Both the position numbers and the translations under genes were made by a program. Shown here one piece after another: positions 27,483 to 36,328 of a DNA stretch of 64,000 nt. This DNA is from Calditrichia bacterium (GTDB lineage Bacteria; Calditrichota; Calditrichia; RBG-13-44-9; J075): positions 32,001 through 96,000 of the forward strand of contig JBOEGD010000024.1 of the NCBI GenBank assembly GCA_050633245.1, read 5' to 3'. Positions within the stretch are counted from its first letter, which is position 1. Each line of letters starts with the position of its first letter. A model generated the notes under the pieces. It saw only the letters and a program-made list of their open reading frames with translations. It searched no databases and was not told the origin of the DNA.

Positions 27483-28870
27483 AGTATTATTTTCTCGGTA
27501 TTGGAGGAACGGCTATGGCTGCGCTTGCAGTTTTGTTAAAGCAGCGTGGCCATGACGTATGGGGCAGTGACAAAGGTATTTATCCACCCATGAGCGATTT
27601 TCTGGCGGAACATAAAATTGACGTTATTGAAGGTTTTTCTGCAGACAATCTGAAGCGCGATTTTGATGTTGCGGTTATCGGTAATGCTCTTTCACGAGGG
27701 AATCCGGAAGTCGAAGCAATTTTGGCAGATAAACATCCATTTACCTGCCTGCCGGAAATTATCCGGCATGAATTTGCAGTCAGGCATAAAAATATCGTCG
27801 TTACCGGAACGCATGGAAAAACGACAACAACGTCATTGATGTCTTGGGTGCTTCAGCACGGAAAAATGGATCCCACTTTTTTGATTGGTGGAATTGCAAA
27901 AAACTTCGACTCATCTATTCAGAATGGTTCCGGCGATTATTTTGTGATCGAAGGGGATGAATACGACTGTGCATTCTTCGATAAACGTCCGAAGTTTATT
28001 CATTACTTTCCGGATTATTTAATTTTGAATAACATCGAATTTGATCATGCAGATATTTATCCCGACCTGGAGTCGATTAAAAATGAATTTCGTAAATTGT
28101 TGCGAATCGTACCCGAGAATGGACTTGTCGTCGCAAATGCAGAAAGCCCGGCTGTCATGTCGGTAGTGGAAAAAGTCTGCTCCCGGCTTGAAACGTTTGG
28201 GCGCAGTCGCGAAAATGACTGGTCTTATGAAATCGTTGAGATGGGACGTGCGACCCGCTTCGACTTATTACAGAAGGGGCAGTTTGTGCAGCAATTCGAG
28301 ATTCCCTTTCCGGGAGAGTTTCAGGTGCAAAACGCCGTAGCAGTATGTGCCGTTGCCCATTCGATTGGTTTGGATTGGCAAACTATTGGCGAGGCCTTGT
28401 CTACATTTGAGGGCGTAAAACGACGTATGGAATTTTGGGGCAAGCTGGATGGTGCAGATGTGTACGACGATTTTGCACATCATCCAACAGCCATTGGCGC
28501 TACGCTTGCCGGCGTAAAGCAAAAATTCCCCGGTCGCAGATTGGTAGCGCTTTTTGAGCCGCGAACAAATACCACGGTGCGAAACATCTTTCAGGATGAT
28601 TTGGTTACAGCTCTCGCTGAAGCTGATGCCTCTGTTGTAACGCCGATTCACAGAGCAGAGCGAATGCCCGTTGAGCAGCGCTTATCGCTAACTGCCCTTG
28701 CAGATGCGCTTGGAAAGAAACAACATACGGCTCATCTCGTTGATGACTATCAGAAGTTGATTCCGGAACTGCGTCAGCAGCTGCGCGATGGGGATGTATT
28801 GATATTGCTAACGAACGGTAGCTTAGGTGGACAATATAAGAGGTTGAGGGATTTGGTTCAGGTACGCTGA
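27479..28870 (+). CDS. mpl: UDP-N-acetylmuramate:L-Ala-gamma-D-Glu-mDAP ligase (murein peptide recycling)
   Basis: GIGGTAM, YPPMS, GNALSRGNPEVE, GTHGKTTT, EGDEYDCAFFDKRPKF, DDFAHHPT and FEPRTNT motifs. Confidence 0.92.
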   Translation: MKYYFLGIGGTAMAALAVLLKQRGHDVWGSDKGIYPPMSDFLAEHKIDVIEGFSADNLKRDFDVAVIGNALSRGNPEVEAILADKHPFTCLPEIIRHEFAVRHKNIVVTGTHGKTTTTSLMSWVLQHGKMDPTFLIGGIAKNFDSSIQNGSGDYFVIEGDEYDCAFFDKRPKFIHYFPDYLILNNIEFDHADIYPDLESIKNEFRKLLRIVPENGLVVANAESPAVMSVVEKVCSRLETFGRSRENDWSYEIVEMGRATRFDLLQKGQFVQQFEIPFPGEFQVQNAVAVCAVAHSIGLDWQTIGEALSTFEGVKRRMEFWGKLDGADVYDDFAHHPTAIGATLAGVKQKFPGRRLVALFEPRTNTTVRNIFQDDLVTALAEADASVVTPIHRAERMPVEQRLSLTALADALGKKQHTAHLVDDYQKLIPELRQQLRDGDVLILLTNGSLGGQYKRLRDLVQVR

Positions 28871-30375
28871 CTCTTTCCTGGCAGGAGGCCAATAGGAGCT
28901 TTGTTGGCTACTCTGGTAGCGAACTCTCGCCGGACTTGATTGAATTCCCGTTGAGTGTCCAAAAAAATATCGAATATGTAGGGATTAAAGTGGCTTCCGC
29001 GATCGCGAGCCATAATCTCGAGCGCATTTTCATGACTAAAAGGTGGCTTGTAAATGCGTTTGGAAGTGAGCGCATCATACACATCTGCAATTGCGGTAAT
29101 CTGGGCTGAGAGGGGAATGTCTTCACCAGATAGTCCATTCGGATAGCCACTTCCGTCATATTTCTCATGATGTGCGTGAGCGATATCCATTCCCATCTTT
29201 AGCAAATCTGTCTCTCCATATTGTTCTCGAATCGCTAACAGTGTTTCGAAACCAATGGTTGTATGGGTCTGCATTCGCCGAAATTCAACTTCATCTAATC
29301 GTCCCTTTTTTAGCAGAATTCTATCTGGTATTCCAACCTTACCAATGTCGTGTAGTGGAGCGGCTTTGAAGAGCACGGAAATAAAGTGCTCAGAAATTTT
29401 CTCTTCAAAGCGCAGATCATCAGACATTGCTGTTGCCAATATGCGACAATAGCTGCGAATTTTTTCGAGGTGAAAACCGGTCTCGGGATCGCGATACTCC
29501 GCCAGCCTTGCCAGTCCGAATATGATGGCTTCATTTGCCATGCTGTGCTGTTGAAGACTATCAACTAATGCTGTTTGTATGGCACGCTTTTCAGTGATGT
29601 CGGTAATTACGACTGCATAGGCAAAGGTTTGCCCACTTTCTTCCTTCATCGGTGAACAGGCGATGTTGGCTATCCACGGATCACGCCCAGCTGTTTTTAG
29701 CTCAAATTCACGCTGCCATTTACCCTGTTGTTTCAGGGAACTAATCACACTCCTGAAGCTAAGGCGGGTTTTAAACAAATTTGGAATTTGGAAAATCCGT
29801 TTATCAATAAGCGCTTCTTCTGCCAGGCCACTCATGTGGCGAAACCCTCTGTTCACTTTGATAATCATTCCGGTAGTATCAAGAATTAACAGACCTTCTC
29901 GCCGGCTTTCGAACAAATCCTGAAAAATCCGCAATTCTTTAACGCGTTTATTCAACACGCCACGCAAATCGGTCATTAGTTGCTGCTGAACCGCATTTTT
30001 CCGACTCTTTTGAATGGCCTTCTTTACCTTATTGCTAAAGGTTGCCAGTGAAATAGGCTTTATTAAAAAATCGCACACTCCGCCTTTAAGCATTCGAATG
30101 GCAGTGTCAGCATCCGGCTTACCGGTGATTATCATAAATGGGAGATTGGGATAGCTTTCGCGAACCACATCGAATAGTGCTGCGCCATTACCTCCGGGCA
30201 TGTAGAAATCGGATATAACAATATCAAAGGTATAGCGATCCAGATAGTTGATGCCCTGCTGAATATCCGTCGCGCTAACCGTTTCAATGCCTTCTCTATT
30301 GAGTATCTCGGAAAGCGCCTGAGCTATTTCATACTCGTCATCCAAAATAAGCGCTCGGTAATGATACTGTCCCAT
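28858..30375 (-). CDS. REC-PAS-HD-GYP cyclic di-GMP phosphodiesterase
   Basis: REC domain, PAS/PAC, ETGFH, LHDIGK, HHEKYDGSGYP and ADVYDAL...RIYK motifs. Confidence 0.92.
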   Translation of the reverse strand: MGQYHYRALILDDEYEIAQALSEILNREGIETVSATDIQQGINYLDRYTFDIVISDFYMPGGNGAALFDVVRESYPNLPFMIITGKPDADTAIRMLKGGVCDFLIKPISLATFSNKVKKAIQKSRKNAVQQQLMTDLRGVLNKRVKELRIFQDLFESRREGLLILDTTGMIIKVNRGFRHMSGLAEEALIDKRIFQIPNLFKTRLSFRSVISSLKQQGKWQREFELKTAGRDPWIANIACSPMKEESGQTFAYAVVITDITEKRAIQTALVDSLQQHSMANEAIIFGLARLAEYRDPETGFHLEKIRSYCRILATAMSDDLRFEEKISEHFISVLFKAAPLHDIGKVGIPDRILLKKGRLDEVEFRRMQTHTTIGFETLLAIREQYGETDLLKMGMDIAHAHHEKYDGSGYPNGLSGEDIPLSAQITAIADVYDALTSKRIYKPPFSHENALEIMARDRGSHFNPYIFDIFLDTQREFNQVRREFATRVANKAPIGLLPGKSQRT

Positions 30376-30594
30376 TAAATTCCTTCCCTTGTTTACAAGG
30401 CTATTGTCGTCTTTTACAGGTTGAAAATTAGCCTCAATAACAGAAGTTGTTGTGAATTTGGGAAGCTTAACCAGCGTTCCCGGAGGCCATTTTAAGAGTG
30501 ACTTGGTAGCACACCTGTTGTTAATTGTTCACTCTGGTGATACATTTAAGAGCTAAAAACACCACTATTTGGCGTTTATTGAGGGGAATTGTGC

Positions 30595-30610
30595 TGGCAT
30601 TTACTTTGCT
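30595..30610 (+). promoter_or_regulatory. Sigma-54 (-24/-12) promoter
   Basis: TGGCAT-TTACT-TTGCT with exact GG-N10-GC spacing, 46 nt upstream of ATG 30657. Confidence 0.72.
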
Positions 30611-30656
30611 TTATTCAATGGCAGAACGATTACTTAGAATGAATGAGGTTAGAGTT

Positions 30657-31253
30657 ATGAATAAGATTTTATTGATTGGATTGCTTCTCTTTTCGAGTTG
30701 GATTTTTGCTCAGGAGGAACCTGCAAAAACGGAATCCATGCTGCGAAGCCATCATGGATTGAAAGTTAACTTCGGTGTTGGCGGGTTTGAAAATAAGATT
30801 AAGCAGCTTGACGGACGTATTACAGGTGGTGCACTAACGCTGGGGCTTGGTTGGGGAATAAATGAAACGTCTACGATTTGGCTTACAGTACTTGGTGCAG
30901 GTGAGGAAAAAGAAGAATCTCAGCTGGAACAAGAGGGTTTCTTTGCCTTAGAGTTAGGGTGGCAATATCGCCTGCGTCCGAAAAAAACTGTCCAGCCGTA
31001 TGGAAAGATTGGATTGGGAGCCTATTTTCTCGGGCAAGAGCTTCTATCATACTCTGGTGGAGGGTTGGCACTCGCGGTTGGTGTGGACTGGGATTTGTCC
31101 CGACACATCTTGATCGGTGCAGAGTTTCAGGTAAAGGGCCAAGAATATTCGGAGCGCCGCATGACGCTTAACGGCACTGAGACGGTTGTCGATTTGAACC
31201 CATCGCTGGAAGGAGAGTCTAGCGGAATACTCCTCACGTTGACTATCCGCTAG
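30657..31253 (+). CDS. Outer-membrane beta-barrel protein
   Basis: Signal peptide MNKILLIGLLLFSSWIFAQ, VQPYGKIGLG and GVDW strands. Start revised from 30525; GAGG RBS present. Confidence 0.7.
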   Translation: MNKILLIGLLLFSSWIFAQEEPAKTESMLRSHHGLKVNFGVGGFENKIKQLDGRITGGALTLGLGWGINETSTIWLTVLGAGEEKEESQLEQEGFFALELGWQYRLRPKKTVQPYGKIGLGAYFLGQELLSYSGGGLALAVGVDWDLSRHILIGAEFQVKGQEYSERRMTLNGTETVVDLNPSLEGESSGILLTLTIR

Positions 31254-31256
31254 TTG

Positions 31257-32177
31257 CTAATTGAGTAGTAGCGGGTCTGACGGTTCGGTCGACGATTCGT
31301 CGCCTGTATCATTGACCAGCAAATTTTTGCGCTGTTTTAGGGATTCCTGAAGCTGTGGATAGGCGACTGAATAACGACCGACAGCGTAATGTTCGATCAT
31401 GTTGGGCAGAAAGACCTCAAGTTCTGTCCACATTTCGAGCTCCAAATAGCTGCGGCACAAGAAAAACGCCAGCGTTTCCATGTCAAAAAAGTCTGAGTCG
31501 AGTCTAGTTATCGTTTTGCAACATGTAATGAGCTCCTCAAAATCTCGCTTCTCATAAAGCAGATGAGCAATTCCAAAATAACCTGACGCCTTGTCTGAAT
31601 CGGTTGTTGCATCAGTGATAATGCGTTCGAAAAGCTTCTCGGCTTCGCGATTTTCCTTTTCATAAAACAGAATGAAGCCAAGATAATAGCGATTTGCCCT
31701 GAGGTAAGCAGCCTCATCTTCACTAAAGTGCTCGATTGCTTTTTCCAAATAGGGCCGTGCTTCTTTTGTCAGATTCTGTGTGTAGAATATCTTACCGATT
31801 TCAAACAACACATAACGTTTCTCGCGTTCCTCTAGTGGTTGGCCGAGTGCATCCTGCAGAAAAGCCAGCGCCTTATCGGGCTGATCAGTGAATTCGTAGC
31901 AGAAACCGGTAAGCCGCAGGCAGTCAAAAACTTGTTTCTGATTGATGTGGGGGCTTCCCAAAGCCATCTCAAAATAAGGTCCTGCTTTAGAAAATTCCTT
32001 CAGAAGATAGTAGTTCCAGCCGATTTCAATCCATATAGCAGGCAGGTTTTTAGGTGAGTCAGCCAACTCTTTTTCAATGTGATGATAATCCTCAAGCGCC
32101 TTTGTATAGTTCTGAGCCATAAAGGCTTCCTGAGCGCGGCGAAGAATATCCAGAATATCTTTGCGAACCTGTTTCAT
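31257..32177 (-). CDS. TPR-repeat protein
   Basis: Repeated TPR helices (EIGWNYY, EIGKIFY, YYLGFIL, YFGIAHL). Confidence 0.75.
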   Translation of the reverse strand: MKQVRKDILDILRRAQEAFMAQNYTKALEDYHHIEKELADSPKNLPAIWIEIGWNYYLLKEFSKAGPYFEMALGSPHINQKQVFDCLRLTGFCYEFTDQPDKALAFLQDALGQPLEEREKRYVLFEIGKIFYTQNLTKEARPYLEKAIEHFSEDEAAYLRANRYYLGFILFYEKENREAEKLFERIITDATTDSDKASGYFGIAHLLYEKRDFEELITCCKTITRLDSDFFDMETLAFFLCRSYLELEMWTELEVFLPNMIEHYAVGRYSVAYPQLQESLKQRKNLLVNDTGDESSTEPSDPLLLN

Positions 32178-32336
32178 AATTTTCTACTTGAAAATCTTTG
32201 GTTTCATGATGTATTATCAGAAGGCGCTTCAGCAGAATGACCTGTTGCCTTTTTCTCGCCTTCCAAGATATTAAACAAAGCAATAGCATGATAAAATACA
32301 ATATGGTTTTTAAATAGTTAGAATAAAGGAGCAAAA

Positions 32337-33503
32337 ATGAGCGATGTTCAAAACAGCATACCGCCAGTTACTGCCTTCACCGAGGAAGAGGAAATGTTTC
32401 GCAGCGCGATCCTTGAATTTGCAGAAGAGCAGATAAAACCTCACGTGATGGAAATGGATCAGAAGGCCGAGTTCAAAAGGGATATTCTCAGCCAGTTTTT
32501 TGATTTGGGCCTGATGGGAATAGAGATTCCGGAAGAATATGGTGGAACAGGCAGTAACTTTTTTACCTCCATCCTGGCGATCGAGGCTATGGCGCAAATT
32601 GATGCGTCTGCTGCGATTTTTGTTGACGTGCAAAACACGCTGGTGAACAATGCCTTTTTACGTTACGGCAATGAAGAAATTAAACGTAAGTACTTGCCTC
32701 AACTCGCCAGTGAGAAGGTTGGTTCATACTGTCTGTCTGAAGCTAGTTCTGGAAGCGATGCTTTCGCGTTAAAAACACGTGCTGAAGACAAGGGCAGCCA
32801 CTGGTTGTTGAACGGAAGCAAGATGTGGATAACCAATGCTGCCGAAGCAGATATATTTCTAGTGTTCGCAAATGCTGCGCCCGAGAAAGGATATAAGGGA
32901 ATCACCGCATTTGTAATTGAACGAGACTTTGAAGGTTTATCTATTGGCAAAAAGGAAGATAAACTGGGAATTCGTGCCAGTAGTACCGCTGAGGTTGTTA
33001 TGCAGAACTGTGTTGTTCCGAAAGATAACGTAATCGGAGAAGTTGGTAAGGGCTACAAATTTGCCATTGAAACGCTGAATGAGGGACGAATTGGTATTGG
33101 TGCTCAGATGCTGGGCGTAATGCAGGGCTCACTGGATGCCGGGATGCAATATGTAAAGGAGCGCGTGCAGTTTGGACAGGAGATTGCAAAGTTTCAGGGT
33201 GTGCAGTTCCAAATTGCTGAGGCATGGACGCTGATGGAGGCATCCCGACGTTTGGTTTACAATGCGGCGCGCATGAAGGATGCCGGTGAAGACTTTCTGA
33301 TTGAAGCGGCAATGGCAAAACTCTTTTCCTCTGTAAATGCAGAGAAGGTAACATCTTTGGTTGTCGAGCTTTTTGGCGGTTATGGATTTACGAAGGAATT
33401 CCCTGCAGAAAAGTTTTATCGCGATGCTAAAATCGGGCAAATTTATGAGGGCACATCCAATATGCAGAAGGCGACAATTGCCAAGTATCTACTATTTAAA
33501 TAG
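32337..33503 (+). CDS. Acyl-CoA dehydrogenase (short/branched-chain type)
   Basis: CLSEASSGSD, NGSKMWIT, KLGIRASST, LNEGRIGI, RVQFG and IYEGTSN motifs. Confidence 0.95.
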   Translation: MSDVQNSIPPVTAFTEEEEMFRSAILEFAEEQIKPHVMEMDQKAEFKRDILSQFFDLGLMGIEIPEEYGGTGSNFFTSILAIEAMAQIDASAAIFVDVQNTLVNNAFLRYGNEEIKRKYLPQLASEKVGSYCLSEASSGSDAFALKTRAEDKGSHWLLNGSKMWITNAAEADIFLVFANAAPEKGYKGITAFVIERDFEGLSIGKKEDKLGIRASSTAEVVMQNCVVPKDNVIGEVGKGYKFAIETLNEGRIGIGAQMLGVMQGSLDAGMQYVKERVQFGQEIAKFQGVQFQIAEAWTLMEASRRLVYNAARMKDAGEDFLIEAAMAKLFSSVNAEKVTSLVVELFGGYGFTKEFPAEKFYRDAKIGQIYEGTSNMQKATIAKYLLFK

Positions 33504-33682
33504 CATAAAATAATCTGTGGCCTTACTGTTATAGGCTGCTGACTATCGTCTTATTAGCAAAGCGAAAATCGTTCAATGTGTTTTTTGAGCGATTTTCGCT
33601 TTTTATATTGTGTTGAAAATAAAGCGATTATGGCGAAAAATAGTACATCTCAAAATAAATGTAAAAAAAGTCTGCTTCTTCT

Positions 33683-33708
33683 TAAAGAGAGGTTTCCATT
33701 GCCGATAG
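33683..33708 (+). promoter_or_regulatory. Sigma-28-like promoter with no downstream + strand ORF
   Basis: TAAA(33683-86)-N14-GCCGATAG(33701-08); same spacing as the motif at 2836. Confidence 0.55.
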
Positions 33709-33713
33709 TAGAG

Positions 33714-33824
33714 ACAGGGTTGAGGGAGCAAAAGGAGTTGGGAATGCTGCTGGAGCTGTTTTGTTACAGGGATGTAATCAGCGTGCATAGGGAGGTTCAG
33801 AACGCAGCATTCCCGCCTTTATTT
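33714..33824 (+). ncRNA. Candidate GGA-rich structured RNA (CsrB/RsmZ-like or sRNA sponge)
   Basis: Six GGA motifs in ~70 nt, a TTACA-GGGA-TGTAA hairpin, and an 11-bp stem GGGAATGCTGC (33740-50)/GCAGCATTCCC (33804-14) followed by a T-rich tail. Lies between convergent genes. Confidence 0.45.
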
Positions 33825-33831
33825 GAGAAAG

Positions 33832-35241
33832 TCAAAATTTTGCTATCGCCTCTAGAATTGTTTTCCATGCCAGTTCAATATGTTTAAGCTCTACATTCGT
33901 TTGTCCAATAACCATTCGTAGCGTATAAACACCATCCAACTTTGTATGCGTCAAATACATATTCTCTGAACCGTTTAAATCTTGAAGAAGCATTTGGTTT
34001 ATTTTGTTTTGCTCTTCCACGGTTGTTCCCTTTGGACAGTAGTGAAAGCAAATGGTATTGAGTGGAGCCGGTGCCAATAATTTAAAAGACGGATGCGATT
34101 CTATCCAGCCGGTAAAGGTCTCCGCCAGCTTTAAATGGTGACGCAGCTTTTGCTGAATCCCCTCGATGCCAAACGAGCGAATCACGAACCAAAGCTTTAA
34201 TGCGCGAAAACGCCTGCCCAGCGCAACCCCCCAATCGCGATAATTGTTCACCTGAGAATCTTCTGCTGTTTTCAAATACTCGGGCAGAATTTCAAACGTA
34301 CGAATTAGTGCTGCTTTATCTTTTACATAGTATGCCGAACAATCGAAGTTGGTGAACATCCATTTGTGTGGATTGAAGACAAAGCTATCTGCTTCGTCAA
34401 TTCCCTCAAGAATCCAACGTTTCTCTGGCAGAATAGCAGCTGTTCCGGCATAAGCTGCATCGACGTGCAGCCAAATTTTTTCTCTTTTACAAATGGCTGC
34501 AATGTCAACAAGTGGATCGATAGCTGTTGAGCCGGTGGTGCCGCAGGTCGAAATGACACAAAGTGGTTGAAGCCCGTTTTTGATATCTTCTGCAATCATT
34601 TTTTCAAGTGATAATGGCAGCATGGCAAATTCTTTATTCACGGCGATCTTACGCAAATTGTTGCTGCCAATACCCGCGATTTTTACCGCCTTGTCTATTG
34701 AGGAGTGGGTTTGTTCGGAGCAGTATACCACATAGCGCTGATCTGCAAAACCATCACTGTTTATCTGAAAGTTGCTTGCTTGTTCACGCGCAGACAAAAT
34801 TGCGCAAAGTGTTGCCGCCGAGGCGGTATCTTGGATAACCCCGGTAAAATGTGCAGGCAGCCCAAGCATCGATCGTAACCATTCCATCATCCGTTCTTCC
34901 AGCTCTGCGGCTGCCGGAGAGGTTTGCCAAATCATGCATTGTGCTCCCATCGTCGCGGTTAACATTTCGGCAAGTAGCGAAGGATAAGAGCTGTTCGCTG
35001 GAAAATATGCAAAAAAGCCCGGGTGTTGCCAATGCGTCATTCCCGGAACGATAATCGAATTAAAATCATCAAAAATGGACGTCATAGTTTCGGATGTCCT
35101 GGGCGGATTTGCTGGAATCTGATTCAGCGTATCGCCCGGCTGTTGCCGGGAGCGAACGGGCAGAGCTTCGATATTCTCCAGGTAGTCAGCCATCCAGTCT
35201 ACCATTTCATGTGCATGTTTGCGAAATTCACTGTTTTTCAT
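33832..35241 (-). CDS. Group II PLP-dependent aromatic-L-amino-acid decarboxylase family
   Basis: THWQHPGFFAYFP, WQTSPAAAELE, HSSIDKA, HVDAAYAG, FNPHKW (PLP Lys) and LGRRFRALKLW motifs. Confidence 0.92.
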   Translation of the reverse strand: MKNSEFRKHAHEMVDWMADYLENIEALPVRSRQQPGDTLNQIPANPPRTSETMTSIFDDFNSIIVPGMTHWQHPGFFAYFPANSSYPSLLAEMLTATMGAQCMIWQTSPAAAELEERMMEWLRSMLGLPAHFTGVIQDTASAATLCAILSAREQASNFQINSDGFADQRYVVYCSEQTHSSIDKAVKIAGIGSNNLRKIAVNKEFAMLPLSLEKMIAEDIKNGLQPLCVISTCGTTGSTAIDPLVDIAAICKREKIWLHVDAAYAGTAAILPEKRWILEGIDEADSFVFNPHKWMFTNFDCSAYYVKDKAALIRTFEILPEYLKTAEDSQVNNYRDWGVALGRRFRALKLWFVIRSFGIEGIQQKLRHHLKLAETFTGWIESHPSFKLLAPAPLNTICFHYCPKGTTVEEQNKINQMLLQDLNGSENMYLTHTKLDGVYTLRMVIGQTNVELKHIELAWKTILEAIAKF

Positions 35242-35248
35242 ATATGCC

Positions 35249-36244
35249 TCACATAAGCTTTTTCAGACGGTTTAGATCCAGAATTTTTTCCTCTGGTATA
35301 AATGAAGCGACGTCATTTAGGTTTAGTTGTTCTATCGCTTTCTCTATTGCTTCTTCCTCGGACATCTGCAGGTTTGGGTTGAAGTCCAATCCGGTTTTTA
35401 CCAGCATGTCTTTCTCGATGAGTCCAACCACTTCGCAACCGGTGATACGTGTGCCAAACGATTTAGCAAGTTGCTGTGCCTCACGGTAGACGGCCGCGAG
35501 AGAAACGGATTTTGTATTTAAGATGTTGGTGGATATTTGTGCGCACTTAAACTCATCGACATACCAGCCCAATGCCTGAAGATGCTTGAATTTGCCAGGT
35601 TGGCGTACTCTGTTTCTGTTGGCATCTTTAACCAATCGTCCGGTTTCTCTAAGAATACCTGCGATTTCGGAAGCTATTGCGCTGTCTTTAGATGAAAGAT
35701 TCAGATTAAAAGCCAGCATAACGTTGCGAGCACCAACTATTGTTGCTCCGGAGGAAGAAGGTATTCTTGTTGGACCATAATCCGGTTTTGGTTGTTGTTC
35801 GCTAATGAGCCGCTCGTATCCACCACGCCTGATTGCTGCCAATCGACGCTTCTCTGTCGTTGCCTCTGCATAAAGAAACACCGGAATATTAAAGTCACTG
35901 GCAATTCGTTGCGCGAACTTATGCGATAAATCGATGCAGTCCTGCATTGTTGCATTGTGTAGTGGAATGAACGGACATACGTCCAGGGCGCCGATTCTAG
36001 GGTGCGTGCCGTGTTGTTTACGCATGTCTATATTGCCGATAGCAAGTTGAGCAACGGTAATTGCGGCGTTGAAAATTGCCGGAGGTGTTCCGACAATTGA
36101 AATGACAGAGCGATTTACGCTAAAACCCATTTCGTATCGGATAAGCAAAATTTGGGGGATTTGTTGAACTGCATGAACAATCTGCTTGAGCAAATTTTCA
36201 TTTTGTCCATCAGAAATGTTAGGGACACATTCGATGAGCTGCAT
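35249..36244 (-). CDS. ftcD: Glutamate formimidoyltransferase (FTCD transferase domains only)
   Basis: LIECVPNISDG, NRSV, IDMRKQHGTHPRIGALDVCPFIP, AQISTN and GCEVVGL motifs. Confidence 0.85.
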   Translation of the reverse strand: MQLIECVPNISDGQNENLLKQIVHAVQQIPQILLIRYEMGFSVNRSVISIVGTPPAIFNAAITVAQLAIGNIDMRKQHGTHPRIGALDVCPFIPLHNATMQDCIDLSHKFAQRIASDFNIPVFLYAEATTEKRRLAAIRRGGYERLISEQQPKPDYGPTRIPSSSGATIVGARNVMLAFNLNLSSKDSAIASEIAGILRETGRLVKDANRNRVRQPGKFKHLQALGWYVDEFKCAQISTNILNTKSVSLAAVYREAQQLAKSFGTRITGCEVVGLIEKDMLVKTGLDFNPNLQMSEEEAIEKAIEQLNLNDVASFIPEEKILDLNRLKKLM

Positions 36245-36328
36245 AGGCCGGGGGTTTTATGAGTCGATGAAAAGCTCCACTTGTAGAAATATACGGCTCG
36301 ATGGAGCTTTAAAGAAGGGGAAATTGGC

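Noticed and set aside
33576-33887. Track ORFs 33576-33887 (+) and 33603-33788 (-)
   Set aside because: No recognisable motifs or RBS; one overlaps the decarboxylase gene. The region is better explained as non-coding.
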